A program made the position numbers and the translations under genes. DNA of 64,000 nt, from positions 25,939-89,938 of the forward strand of contig CADAEK010000004.1 of assembly GCA_902786925.1 (NCBI GenBank), read 5' to 3'. This DNA comes from an uncultured Bacteroidales bacterium. Its GTDB lineage: Bacteria; Bacteroidota; Bacteroidia; Bacteroidales; Bacteroidaceae. The notes below the pieces were generated by a model. That model saw only the letters and a program-made list of their open reading frames with translations, was not told the DNA's origin and did no database searches. Below are positions 1 to 9,767 of the stretch, piece after piece; the first letter of the stretch is position 1; each line of letters begins with the position of its first letter.

Positions 1-169
1 CCGTGAGATAGGCGGGATTATGGTGCATGCGCTTGAAGTCCTCGATGCGGTCGTCACGTCGCATGTACCAAGTGATATGTTCTTCGTGGTGCATGACAAT
101 CTTTGCGATAGCTGTTGCCCAGCTACCACCTCCTAAAACTGCCACTCTGCCACAAGACTGAAACTGCAT
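1..169 (-). CDS. gpsA: NAD(P)H-dependent glycerol-3-phosphate dehydrogenase, N-terminal fragment (gene runs off the left edge)
   Basis: Reverse-strand ATG at 167-169. My translation is MQFQSCGRVAVLGGGSWATAIAKIV...HHNPAYLT, with a GGGSWAT Rossmann loop typical of GpsA. It is absent from the ORF track because the window edge truncates it. Confidence 0.7.
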   Translation of the reverse strand, partial: MQFQSCGRVAVLGGGSWATAIAKIVMHHEEHITWYMRRDDRIEDFKRMHHNPAYLT

Positions 170-205
170 AATCTTTATGAATTAAGTGAATAGTGAATGG
201 TGAAA

Positions 206-248
206 CAAAAAAATCCACGTTACCCTCCAAAAGGAAGGCAACCTGGAT
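206..248 (-). terminator. Rho-independent terminator downstream of lysS
   Basis: 16-bp stem (213-228 / 233-248) with one mismatch. Two of the pairs are G-U only in the minus-strand RNA. A 7-nt U-run follows on the minus strand (A-run 206-212 on plus). Confidence 0.6.
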
Positions 249-260
249 TATCAGTACATA

Positions 261-2021
261 TTATTCACTTTTGACTTTTGCAATGATGTTGCTGATTTCG
301 TCCACGCTTGGCTTTTGAATGTCCAGCTTGTATTTCTTCAGGACTTCGCCAATCTGCTGCTGAATCTTCTGCGCATTCACGCCCTCGAGGTCACTCACGA
401 GGTTGTAGCCAACCTTGTAGAGCACAGGCACGATGTCTTCGCTGAAGCCCAGTTCGACGAACTTCTCTACCCCATCACGTGGAGCCTTCTTCTCTGGCTT
501 CATGGTTGGGAACAGAAGCACTTCCTGGATGGTAGGCTGACCTGTCATCAAGATGGCCAAGCGGTCGATACCGATGCCGATACCTGATGTAGGAGGCATA
601 CCATACTGCAATGCACGAAGGAAGTCATGGTCAATCACCATAGCCTCATCGTCGCCCTTATCAGCAAGCTTCATCTGCTCCACAAAACGCTCTTCCTGGT
701 CAATAGGGTCATTCAGCTCTGAGTAGGCGTTTGCCAACTCCTTACCGTTCACCATCAACTCGAAACGCTCGGTGAGACCAGCCTTAGAACGGTGCATCTT
801 GGTGAGAGGAGACATCTCAACAGGATAATCGGTGATGAATGTAGGCTGAATGAATGAACCTTCGCAGAACTCGCCAAAGAGCTCATCAATCAGTTTGCCC
901 TTACCCATTGTCTCATCCACTTCCATCTCCTTAGAAAGACAGAATGCGCGAATTTCCTCTTCAGACTTTCCTTCGCAATCGAAGCCGGTCTTTTCCTTGA
1001 TAGCCTCAAGGATAGGCAGACGACGATAAGGAGCCTTGAAGCTCACCACATTGTCGCCAATCTGCACTTCGGTGGTACCGTTCACAGCCACACAAATCTT
1101 CTCCAGCAACTGCTCGGTGAACGTCATCATCCAATTATAGTCCTTGTAGGCTACATACAGCTCCATGCAGGTGAACTCAGGGTTGTGGCTGCGGTCCATA
1201 CCCTCGTTGCGGAAGTTACGACCAATCTCATACACACCTTCAAAGCCACCCACGATAAGGCGCTTCAGATAGAGCTCAGTAGCAATACGCAAATACAAAT
1301 CAACGTTGAGCGCATTGTGGTGTGTAATGAATGGGCGAGCGGATGCACCGCCTGCAATCTGCTGGAGGATTGGTGTCTCGACTTCTGTAAAGCCAGCCTC
1401 ATCAAATACCTGACGCATGGTGCGCAAGATTGTGGCACGCTTCAGGAAGGTATCTTTCACGCCATTGTTCACAATCAAATCGACATAGCGCTGACGATAG
1501 CGCAATTCGGAGTCTTCAAAGGCATCAAACACCTGACCATCCTTCTCTTTCACGATAGGGAGTGGCTTGAGGCTCTTTGCCAATACGGTGAGGGACTTAG
1601 CATGCACACTGATTTCACCCGTCTGAGTACGGAACACAAAACCCTTCACGCCAATGAAATCGCCCAGGTCGAGCAACTTTTTGAACACGACATTGTACAG
1701 GTCCTTATTCTCCTCTGGACAGATATCGTCACGAGTGACGTACACCTGTACCCTACCCTTCGAGTCCTGCAGTTCCACAAAGCTTGCCTTACCCATCACA
1801 CGACGGCTCATCATACGGCCCGCTATACAAACCTCTCTCAGCGGTTCGGTAGGATTGCCTTCTGCATCTACTTCGGGGTCTTTGAAATCGGCAATAATAT
1901 CTGTTGAAAAAGCGTCTGTTGGATATTCTGCGGCAGGGTATGGCTCAATGCCCATATCCTTCAATGCCTGGAGATTATTTCTGCGGTTAATCTCCTGTTC
2001 TGAAAGTTCAAGTACGTTCAT
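261..2021 (-). CDS. lysS: Lysine--tRNA ligase, class II, with a C-terminal extension of about 80 aa
   Basis: 586-aa ORF with an ATG start. It has an N-terminal OB anticodon-binding region and the class II motifs ([14 protein letters not shown]) of LysS. Confidence 0.95.
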   Translation of the reverse strand: MNVLELSEQEINRRNNLQALKDMGIEPYPAAEYPTDAFSTDIIADFKDPEVDAEGNPTEPLREVCIAGRMMSRRVMGKASFVELQDSKGRVQVYVTRDDICPEENKDLYNVVFKKLLDLGDFIGVKGFVFRTQTGEISVHAKSLTVLAKSLKPLPIVKEKDGQVFDAFEDSELRYRQRYVDLIVNNGVKDTFLKRATILRTMRQVFDEAGFTEVETPILQQIAGGASARPFITHHNALNVDLYLRIATELYLKRLIVGGFEGVYEIGRNFRNEGMDRSHNPEFTCMELYVAYKDYNWMMTFTEQLLEKICVAVNGTTEVQIGDNVVSFKAPYRRLPILEAIKEKTGFDCEGKSEEEIRAFCLSKEMEVDETMGKGKLIDELFGEFCEGSFIQPTFITDYPVEMSPLTKMHRSKAGLTERFELMVNGKELANAYSELNDPIDQEERFVEQMKLADKGDDEAMVIDHDFLRALQYGMPPTSGIGIGIDRLAILMTGQPTIQEVLLFPTMKPEKKAPRDGVEKFVELGFSEDIVPVLYKVGYNLVSDLEGVNAQKIQQQIGEVLKKYKLDIQKPSVDEISNIIAKVKSE

Positions 2022-2049
2022 TTTTAATTGTTTCTATATATAATGTGTG

Positions 2050-2057
2050 CAAAGTTA
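2050..2057 (-). promoter_or_regulatory. Bacteroidetes -7 promoter box (TAACTTTG on minus strand) for lysS
   Basis: Plus-strand caaagtta is TAnnTTTG on the minus strand, 28 nt upstream of the lysS ATG. Confidence 0.5.
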
Positions 2058-2164
2058 CAAAAAATTAAACGACAAAACACAGATTATCAATGTTTTCTTT
2101 CGACAAAAGACTTTTTCAGTTCCTCCGACACCACTCTTTTCATTTCCAGAAGTTAAATACTTCA

Positions 2165-2205
2165 TAAAAAAGAAAAGGAGGAATACACCTTTTAAGGCAT
2201 ATTCC
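2165..2205 (-). terminator. Terminator of the NifU-like/GGGtGRT bicistron
   Basis: 10-bp stem (2180-2189 / 2196-2205). It is fully paired only in the minus-strand RNA (two G-U pairs) and is followed there by a U-rich run. Confidence 0.45.
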
Positions 2206-2243
2206 CCCTGCTATATTTGCAATAAACAATATTGTTCTGCAAC

Positions 2244-3254
2244 TTATTTGTTGAGTGCGAGAGCCACGTTCACGGCGCAAGCAACTGTGCAACCTACCAT
2301 TGGGTTGTTACCAATACCCAGGAAGCCCATCATCTCAACGTGAGCAGGAACTGAAGAAGAACCTGCGAACTGAGCGTCAGAGTGCATACGGCCAAGAGTA
2401 TCAGTCATACCGTAAGATGCAGGACCTGCAGCCATGTTGTCTGGGTGCAGTGTGCGGCCTGTACCACCACCTGATGCTACAGAGAAGTATGGCTTGCCAG
2501 CGAGGACACGCTCCTTCTTGTAGGTACCAGCTACTGGGTGCTGGAAACGAGTTGGGTTGGTAGAGTTACCTGTGATAGATACGTCAACGTTCTCCTTCCA
2601 GAGGATAGCAACACCCTCACGAACGTCGTCAGCGCCGTAGCAGTTCACCTTAGCGCGAGGACCGTCAGAGTAAGCCTTAGTCTTCACAACCTTGAGTTCG
2701 CCAGTGAAGTAGTCGAACTGAGTCTGCACATAAGTGAAGCCATTGATACGAGAGATGATCATGGCAGCGTCCTTACCAAGACCGTTGAGGATACAACGGA
2801 GTGGTTTTTTACGCACCTTGTTGGCCATCTCAGCAATCTTAATAGCACCTTCTGCAGCAGCGAAAGACTCGTGACCTGCGAGGAATGCGAAGCACTCAGT
2901 CTCCTCACGGAGCAAACGTGCAGCGAGGTTACCGTGACCGATACCCACCTTACGGTCGTCAGCCACAGAGCCTGGGATACAGAATGCCTGAAGACCGATA
3001 CCGATAGCCTCGGCAGCGTCAGCAGCGTTCTTGCAGCCCTTCTTGATAGCGATAGCAGAACCTACTACGTAAGCCCACTTTGCGTTCTCAAAGCAGATGC
3101 GCTGAGTTTCTTCACAAGTCATATATGGGTCGAGACCTGCCTTTTCGCAGATTTCGTTAGCCTCTTCGATAGAGGAAATGCCGTTCTCCTTCAAAGCAGC
3201 AAGAATCTGCTTCATACGACGGTCTTGTGATTCGAATTTCACTTCTCTAATCAT
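2244..3254 (-). CDS. GGGtGRT family protein (conserved, uncharacterised)
   Basis: 336-aa ORF containing the signature SGGGTGRTLHPDNMAAGPASYGMTD that names the GGGtGRT family. Confidence 0.8.
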   Translation of the reverse strand: MIREVKFESQDRRMKQILAALKENGISSIEEANEICEKAGLDPYMTCEETQRICFENAKWAYVVGSAIAIKKGCKNAADAAEAIGIGLQAFCIPGSVADDRKVGIGHGNLAARLLREETECFAFLAGHESFAAAEGAIKIAEMANKVRKKPLRCILNGLGKDAAMIISRINGFTYVQTQFDYFTGELKVVKTKAYSDGPRAKVNCYGADDVREGVAILWKENVDVSITGNSTNPTRFQHPVAGTYKKERVLAGKPYFSVASGGGTGRTLHPDNMAAGPASYGMTDTLGRMHSDAQFAGSSSVPAHVEMMGFLGIGNNPMVGCTVACAVNVALALNK

Positions 3255-3272
3255 AGTCTGTTTCCTCCTTTA

Positions 3273-3974
3273 TTATTCTTTACGTGGGTCAATAGATTTA
3301 ACAACTCCCTGCTCTGGCTTCGTACGGCCATAAGTGCCTGTTACGCTCTTGAGTGCCTCATTAGCGTCCATGCCCTTCTTCACAGCCTCCATGAATTTGC
3401 CCATGTGTACATACTCGTAACCGCACACCTCGTTGTCCTCGTCAAGGAACATCTTAGTGATGTAGCCCTCTGTGAGCTGGAGGTAGCGAGTACCCTTGAG
3501 CTTGGTGCCGTAGAGTGTACCACACTGAGAAACGAGACCCTTACCGAGGTCCTCAAGACCTGCACCGATAACGAGACCGCCCTCTGAGAAAGCAGACTGA
3601 GTACGTCCGTAAACGATCTGGAGGAAAAGCTCACGCATAGCAGTGTTGATAGCGTCACAAACGAGGTCAGTGTTCAATGCCTCAAGAATTGTCTTGCCAG
3701 GAAGAATCTCAGATGCCATTGCAGCAGAGTGAGTCATACCTGAGCAACCAATAGTCTCAACAAGACATTCCTCGATGATACCTTCCTTCACGTTGAGTGA
3801 AAGTTTGCAGCAACCCTGCTGAGGAGCGCACCAACCAATACCATGTGTCATGCCTGAGATATCCTTAATCTCCTTAGCCTGAATCCACTTTCCTTCTTCT
3901 GGAATTGGAGCTGGTCCATGATTAGGGCCTTTGGCCACGCAGCACATTTCCTGTACTTCTTTAGAATAAACCAT
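3273..3974 (-). CDS. NifU/IscU-like iron-sulfur cluster scaffold-like protein
   Basis: 233-aa ORF with Cys-rich motifs (CCVAKG, GWCAPQQGCC, IGCSGMTHS) resembling the NifU N-terminal domain. It lies 18 nt upstream of the GGGtGRT gene on the same strand. Confidence 0.65.
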   Translation of the reverse strand: MVYSKEVQEMCCVAKGPNHGPAPIPEEGKWIQAKEIKDISGMTHGIGWCAPQQGCCKLSLNVKEGIIEECLVETIGCSGMTHSAAMASEILPGKTILEALNTDLVCDAINTAMRELFLQIVYGRTQSAFSEGGLVIGAGLEDLGKGLVSQCGTLYGTKLKGTRYLQLTEGYITKMFLDEDNEVCGYEYVHMGKFMEAVKKGMDANEALKSVTGTYGRTKPEQGVVKSIDPRKE

Positions 3975-4030
3975 AATTGTAAACCAATTTTATTGTTAAT
4001 AAAACATGTGTTTTCACTTGTAATTGCATG

Positions 4031-4038
4031 CAAAAGTA
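4031..4038 (-). promoter_or_regulatory. -7 promoter box (TACTTTTG on minus strand) for the NifU-like/GGGtGRT pair
   Basis: Plus-strand caaaagta, 56 nt upstream of the ATG at 3974. Confidence 0.5.
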
Positions 4039-4226
4039 GTAATAAAAAAAAAGAATCTTGCAACAAAACACGATTTTTCTTCTTCTTTTAAATAAATTGG
4101 CAATGAAAAGAATAATCCTGAGCCAAAAATGTATCTCGGAAGTCACATCGTCTCACTCGAAATAGCATGAAAGCAGCGAAGAACGAAAATAGTGAAGCGG
4201 TTTTTTGAATATATTCCTTTTTTCCG

Positions 4227-4234
4227 TACCTTTG
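4227..4234 (+). promoter_or_regulatory. -7 promoter box TACCTTTG for the HExxH/GH97 pair
   Basis: TAnnTTTG match 58 nt upstream of the ATG at 4293. Confidence 0.5.
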
Positions 4235-4292
4235 CAACACCAGAACGAAAAGATTAGCTTATTTATTTACTAACAAAATCGACAACAAAAAA

Positions 4293-5618
4293 ATGAGAAC
4301 AAGAATGAAAAACTACCTGAATGTCGCCACGGCAGCTTTCGTGCTGTCTTGTCACGCCCATGTGGCCATGGCACAATCGACTATTGAAGCACAAACGAAG
4401 GCAACCACCACGGAAGAGGTAAGAGTGTTGAAGCCTGTCTATCAAGCTCCCTCCGGAAAAGAAGTCTATATTCCCAACGATTTAAAAGACAACGACTTCA
4501 CCTCCTCTGACTCTAAATGGAGTTTTGCTCGATGTGCCTACACTGACGACATTATCATGTTTTGGGAAAAGCCTTTTGGCAACGACTTGAGCCAAGCACC
4601 CGACTTGGAAGGCCACAACATGAAAGTGGACCTCAAGAACCTGATGGGACGCCTACAATCCTTCTACAACTACTATAAAAATGAGCTTAAGTTCATCAAG
4701 CCCGGTTCCAATGCAGACCGCTATCGCATGATGGTGATGCTGAACTATTCATTAGAGGGCACAGCATACGGCGGCGACTACGATGGAGTGATTGGAGCTT
4801 TATGGATTGCTCCCAACCGCGTGCAGGATAAAAGATTGAATTGCATTGCGCATGAGTTAGGGCACTCGTTCCAGTCTATGATTGCCTGCGACAAGCAGGG
4901 TGAAAGCTGGGGCGGAGGCGGCATCTTCGAGATGTGCAGCCAATGGATGCTTTTCAACGTGAATGCTGAATGGCCCACCGAAGAGAACTACCATTGGAAA
5001 GCCTTTATAGACCACGCCAATTTACGTTTCCTCGATAGCGAGAACATCTACCATTCACCCTACCTACTCGAATATTGGAGCATGAAGCATGGCATGACTG
5101 TCATCGGAGATTTATTCCGTGCAGGCAAGCGTGGTGAAGACCCTGCCTCTACCTACATGAAAATGTTTAGCCTCACAAACGAAGACTTTGCCAAAGAGGC
5201 TGTAGATTGCTATTCCAGACTCATCACATTTGACTTCCCCGGCAAGCACGAAGCCAATAAAAAATATGCGGGTGAGTTTGTGAACAATAAGCCATTGGAA
5301 ACATTTGGTGCCAATGTCATCGAGATGAGCACAGCAGGAAAGAAGAGTATAAAGATAAAGTTTATAGGTAACTACAAAACTGATGGTTACGCATATCGTC
5401 TTGTAGCAATTAACCAAGAAGGCAAGGCTACCTATAGTGACATTTCGACGAAGCCTAAAGGCACTCTCAAACTCCTTCTCCCAGCAGACGCACAGAAGGC
5501 ATTTCTTGTCGTAACGGGCTATCCTTTGGGTGAATACAAGCCGTACACGTTCAACCCATACAGCAAGGAAAAGCCTCAAAAAGAACATATCTACACTTAC
5601 GATTACTCGATAAAATAA
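4293..5618 (+). CDS. Secreted HExxH (zincin-like) protein of unknown specificity
   Basis: 441-aa ORF with an N-terminal signal peptide (AAFVLSCHAHVAMAQ), the motif IAHELGHSF (HELGH at 4851-4865) and a downstream FEMCSQW glutamate. It ends 14 nt before the GH97 gene. Confidence 0.6.
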   Translation: MRTRMKNYLNVATAAFVLSCHAHVAMAQSTIEAQTKATTTEEVRVLKPVYQAPSGKEVYIPNDLKDNDFTSSDSKWSFARCAYTDDIIMFWEKPFGNDLSQAPDLEGHNMKVDLKNLMGRLQSFYNYYKNELKFIKPGSNADRYRMMVMLNYSLEGTAYGGDYDGVIGALWIAPNRVQDKRLNCIAHELGHSFQSMIACDKQGESWGGGGIFEMCSQWMLFNVNAEWPTEENYHWKAFIDHANLRFLDSENIYHSPYLLEYWSMKHGMTVIGDLFRAGKRGEDPASTYMKMFSLTNEDFAKEAVDCYSRLITFDFPGKHEANKKYAGEFVNNKPLETFGANVIEMSTAGKKSIKIKFIGNYKTDGYAYRLVAINQEGKATYSDISTKPKGTLKLLLPADAQKAFLVVTGYPLGEYKPYTFNPYSKEKPQKEHIYTYDYSIK

Positions 5619-5632
5619 AATACAATAACCGC

Positions 5633-7663
5633 ATGAAACGCTACATTCTTTCTATATGTATTATCGCATCGGCGCTATCGATGCTAGCACAAAAACCCAC
5701 CAGCAGAACATTCGCCTCTCCGAATGGAGTTCTTAAAGTTCAGATAGACACCAACGAGGGCAAACTTCATTACTCCGTTTACGAAGGCACTCTGGAAGGC
5801 GGAAACATCTACGCACAGGCAAACTCGATTGCCCTCAACATAGAAGGGGCTGGAAAGAATCAATATACCATCTCCACACCGAAGTTATTCAAAGAGCACT
5901 TTGATGCCTTTAACTATAAACTGGCATCGTTTGACGACTCCTACAATCAAGTCATTGTTAATAATAAAAATGGTGTGAATGTGGAGTTCCGCGCTTATAA
6001 CAGTGGGGTGGCTTACCGATTCTTCCTGACCGGACACAAGAAAACATGGAAAGTAATAGATGAGGAGGCTGAATTTCGCTTTGCAGATGACCACATCGCC
6101 TATTTGCCCTATTCCACGAATGCCGGGAACCCTAAAGCCATGGCATTCCAGGCTACTTACGATAAAGCCCCTCTCTCACAGAGCAAGGACATTGACGCCT
6201 TCCTTCCTGCCACCATCGATTGCAAGACAGCGAAAGTCACACTGTTAGAGACTGATGTTGTGGCCTATCCCGGCATGTTCATCAAAGGCGCAGGCCACAC
6301 GCTGAAAGCCTCGTTTGCCAAGTACCCGAAGACCTTCGACTTCTACCCTTGGCGTGTGCAGCAATACGTGACAGGCACAGAAGATTTCATTGCCAAGGGC
6401 AAAGGGAACTGCACTTTCCCATGGCGCGTCCTTGCCATTACCCATAGCGACACAGAGATGCCTACCAACACGCTGGCCTACCAGCTTGCAGCCCCATCAC
6501 GCATCAAAGGAGACACCTCATGGATTCATCCTGGCAAAGTTGCTTGGGACTGGTGGAACGACTGGGGAATCAGCGGCATCGATTTCAAAGCGGGCATCAA
6601 TCAGGACACTTATCGTTACTACATCGATTTTGCAGCCAAGCACGGATTGGAATACATCATTCTTGATGAAGGCTGGTATGAGCCCAAGAGCGGCGACATG
6701 CTCACCGTCATTCCTGACATCAACTTGCCTGAACTGGTCCGCTACGCCAAACAGAAAAAGGTGGACATTATTCTCTGGACCGTCTTCAATGTACTGGACA
6801 AACAGCTGAACGAAGCCTGCGAAAAATATGCAGCCATGGGCATCAAAGGATTCAAAGTTGACTTCCTTGATCGCTATGACCAAGAGGCCACAGAGATGAT
6901 TTACCGCATAGCGGAGAAGTGCGCCCAGCACCACTTGGTGCTCGACTACCACGGCATCTTTGCTCCACAAGGCATCACCAGGACCTACCCTAATGTCATC
7001 AATTTTGAGGCCGTATTCGGAATGGAAGAGGTGAAGTGGACAGAACGGGATAAAGTGCAGAAAGACGGAAAGACTGTGAATGAGCCTTCTAAAGACATGC
7101 CCGAATACGACGTTACCTTCCCTTACATTCGTGGTATGGTGGGACCGGTCGATTTCACCCCAGGCGGTATGCGCAATGCCAGCAAAGCCGATTTCCAGCC
7201 TATCTACAACAACCCAATGACGATGGGCACACGTTGCCACCAGTTAGCGCATTACATCGTGCATGAGTCTCCTCTAACAATGCTTGCAGACAACCCAACC
7301 GCATATGAGAAAGAGCCTGAGTGCACCGCCTTCATCGCCTCTCTGCCCAACACCTACGACGAAATGAGAGTACTGTCGGGCAAGATGGGAGAATACATCA
7401 TCGTCGCTCGCCGACAGGGCAATGACTGGTATGTAGCGGGTGAGACGAACTGGGAAAGCCGCGATGTAGAAGTCAGCGCATCCTTCTTGCCAGCAGGTAG
7501 TTATACTATCACTGCTTTCACAGACGGAATCAATGCCGACCACAATGCCACCGACTATACTGTTTGGAAAGAACACTTTACTCTACCCCATTCCATTGAC
7601 CAAACCGTAACCGTACACATGGCCAGTGGTGGTGGTTTCGCCGCGAAACTTATTCGGAAGTAA
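5633..7663 (+). CDS. Glycoside hydrolase family 97 (alpha-glucosidase/alpha-galactosidase type)
   Basis: 676-aa ORF with a signal peptide. The N-terminal beta-sandwich followed by a TIM barrel (ILDEGWY, GFKVDFLDR) matches the SusB-like GH97 layout as I recall it. Confidence 0.8.
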   Translation: MKRYILSICIIASALSMLAQKPTSRTFASPNGVLKVQIDTNEGKLHYSVYEGTLEGGNIYAQANSIALNIEGAGKNQYTISTPKLFKEHFDAFNYKLASFDDSYNQVIVNNKNGVNVEFRAYNSGVAYRFFLTGHKKTWKVIDEEAEFRFADDHIAYLPYSTNAGNPKAMAFQATYDKAPLSQSKDIDAFLPATIDCKTAKVTLLETDVVAYPGMFIKGAGHTLKASFAKYPKTFDFYPWRVQQYVTGTEDFIAKGKGNCTFPWRVLAITHSDTEMPTNTLAYQLAAPSRIKGDTSWIHPGKVAWDWWNDWGISGIDFKAGINQDTYRYYIDFAAKHGLEYIILDEGWYEPKSGDMLTVIPDINLPELVRYAKQKKVDIILWTVFNVLDKQLNEACEKYAAMGIKGFKVDFLDRYDQEATEMIYRIAEKCAQHHLVLDYHGIFAPQGITRTYPNVINFEAVFGMEEVKWTERDKVQKDGKTVNEPSKDMPEYDVTFPYIRGMVGPVDFTPGGMRNASKADFQPIYNNPMTMGTRCHQLAHYIVHESPLTMLADNPTAYEKEPECTAFIASLPNTYDEMRVLSGKMGEYIIVARRQGNDWYVAGETNWESRDVEVSASFLPAGSYTITAFTDGINADHNATDYTVWKEHFTLPHSIDQTVTVHMASGGGFAAKLIRK

Positions 7664-7725
7664 AAAACAAGAAAAAAAGGGCTATTTTTCTCCTCTTTGT
7701 TTGCTTAGTAGTACAAAAATAATTG

Positions 7726-7733
7726 TACCTTTG
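7726..7733 (+). promoter_or_regulatory. -7 promoter box TACCTTTG for the 7759-15055 operon
   Basis: TAnnTTTG match 25 nt upstream of the ATG at 7759. It lies inside the ORF-track start at 7723, which argues for the downstream ATG. Confidence 0.5.
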
Positions 7734-7758
7734 CAGCCAAAACGTATACACCAAAACC

Positions 7759-9717
7759 ATGAATAAGAAGAATAGTCAACGAGGGGCAGTGGCAGCAACT
7801 CAAAAGGCTGTACACAATGCCCCTCATATCGCAACCTCTCAAACCGAGAGGAAACCCTTTCAAATTAGGAAAGGTGCATCTATCGGCATCGCTTCGGCTG
7901 TGTCGCTTTGTATGGTAGCATTTGGAGCATTTCACCTCGTGGTGCTGAACAGCGACACACTATACATGGCGCAGAGCCAAAGTTTTTTCAGCACCGACAG
8001 CACCTTTTTACAACAATGCATGCACCAGCCTGGTGGCTTTATCGGATGGATTGCGTCATTCCTGACGCAATTCTTTTATTATCCTGCATTAGGAGCATCC
8101 ATCATGATAGCCCTATGGGTGGCCAGCATGTGGATTAGCAAATGGGCGTACGGTGTGAAGATGGCATGGATGGCTGTGCTGTCCATCCCCGTTGTTTGCC
8201 TATTGGTTAGCACCATAGATACTGGATACTGGATTTATTACATGAAGCAAAACGGCTACTGGTTCTATGGAACGGTTGGATATCTCGTTACCACCCTGTT
8301 GGTCGCAATAGGACACCGTATGCTAAAAAGGAAGGATCGCCATTTGGCGGTGCTACTGGTTGCTATCACCTACCCTTTTGCAGGTTGGTACTCCGTAGTG
8401 GCCCTTGTCCACCTTGCCGTGCTGGCATGCGTTGAAAGTCCGTCAGACAGGTCCACATTCAGAAGAGTGTTAGTCACTCTGTTCCCTCTTATTTTGGCAT
8501 GCATCACCCCATGGTTATTCCATCGCCTTTACTCAGGAACAGGGCTGGAAGGCGCATGGACCAGCGGTCTCTTCAACTTCGAAAGCGACCAATTGGCCAG
8601 CCCTTCACGACTTCTTCCATTCTATATCATGGCAGCTGCTCCGCTCTTATACCCCTTACTGCCCAGACGCGGCATTTTCAAAGGGGCTATGGCATGGTTC
8701 ATCTATGTAGTAACCGTTGCCCTCATGGTCGGAGCATACATCTGGACGGAGAAACGTGACTTCCAAAACTACAACTACCACGCTGAAATGCGTATGTACA
8801 GAGCCGCTGATGAGCAAGACTGGGACAAACTCCTCGATGAGATGGGCAGTATTCCTGGTGATGCATCGCGCCAAATGGTGCTGCTGAAAAATATTGCCTT
8901 GCTGAACACGGGAGAAATGGGCTCAAAAATGTTTAAATACAACAACATGGGTGCACAACCCGGAAATGACTTTGACACCTTGAAGGTCCACATGGTTCAG
9001 ACAGCTGCGCCACTGATTTATTACTATCATGGAAAGACCAACTTCGCCTCACGCTGGTGTATTGAGAACAGTGTCGAGTTTGGTTATGACTTCGACAATC
9101 TGAAGATATTGAGTCGCTGCGCATTAGTTGGAGGCGAGATGGAATTAGCTAAAAAATATTTGAGCATCCTCTCCACCAGCCTCTTTTATCGCGACTGGGC
9201 AGAACGCTTGATGCCTATCACGAAGAACCCTAAACTCATCAAAAACTATCATGAGTTTGACACAGTACGTGAACTGCGCAATCACATGGGCAGCGTGCTT
9301 GACGGAGACAATGGCCTGTGCGAGATGTACTTGCTCAACTATTTCAGCAATACTTACCGCAAGGATAGCAAATTGCTGCAAGAGCTGACGCTCAACTATG
9401 CCATGGTACAGAAAGACATCCAGTTGTTCTGGCCACGCTTCCTAGCCTACGCACAACTCCACAATGATGCAGAGATGCCAGTACACTACCAAGAAGCAGC
9501 TTACCTCTATGGCCAACTGGAGCCTCAGTCAATGAACACTTCCAGAATGCCATTCGACCCTATCATCATTGAACGATATCAAGGGTTCCAGCAACTGTCA
9601 CAATCACTCCTCAACACAGGTTTGAAAGCCAAAGAAGTGGGTGAGGCGATGAAGAGCAGTTATGGTGACACCTTCTATTGGTTCTACTTCTTCTCACGTG
9701 ATGTTCATTCCTATTGA
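7759..9717 (+). CDS. Polytopic membrane protein with a large C-terminal soluble domain (paralog A; possibly DUF6057-like)
   Basis: About 8 hydrophobic segments followed by a soluble domain of about 300 aa. It shares LTQFFYYPxLG, GYWIYY, E(M/L)RMYRA, KNIAL(L/M)xTG, APLIYY and a terminal YGxT(F/Y)WxY(F/Y)F with the ORF at 11273. Confidence 0.75.
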   Translation: MNKKNSQRGAVAATQKAVHNAPHIATSQTERKPFQIRKGASIGIASAVSLCMVAFGAFHLVVLNSDTLYMAQSQSFFSTDSTFLQQCMHQPGGFIGWIASFLTQFFYYPALGASIMIALWVASMWISKWAYGVKMAWMAVLSIPVVCLLVSTIDTGYWIYYMKQNGYWFYGTVGYLVTTLLVAIGHRMLKRKDRHLAVLLVAITYPFAGWYSVVALVHLAVLACVESPSDRSTFRRVLVTLFPLILACITPWLFHRLYSGTGLEGAWTSGLFNFESDQLASPSRLLPFYIMAAAPLLYPLLPRRGIFKGAMAWFIYVVTVALMVGAYIWTEKRDFQNYNYHAEMRMYRAADEQDWDKLLDEMGSIPGDASRQMVLLKNIALLNTGEMGSKMFKYNNMGAQPGNDFDTLKVHMVQTAAPLIYYYHGKTNFASRWCIENSVEFGYDFDNLKILSRCALVGGEMELAKKYLSILSTSLFYRDWAERLMPITKNPKLIKNYHEFDTVRELRNHMGSVLDGDNGLCEMYLLNYFSNTYRKDSKLLQELTLNYAMVQKDIQLFWPRFLAYAQLHNDAEMPVHYQEAAYLYGQLEPQSMNTSRMPFDPIIIERYQGFQQLSQSLLNTGLKAKEVGEAMKSSYGDTFYWFYFFSRDVHSY

Positions 9718-9767
9718 TAGATATTGTTAACAATTATACTACCAACTCAATAATATAGCTTATATTT

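Noticed and set aside
1185-1907. 240-aa plus-strand ORF inside lysS
   Set aside because: It is antisense to a canonical lysS gene and shows no recognisable features. The antisense ORFs at 2538-3230, 6518-7240, 21010-21618, 28334-28933 and 62854-63453 were rejected for the same reason.
7723-7758. Track start of the first membrane protein at 7723
   Set aside because: The TACCTTTG promoter box (7726-7733) lies inside this extension. The first ATG downstream of the box (7759) is the plausible start.
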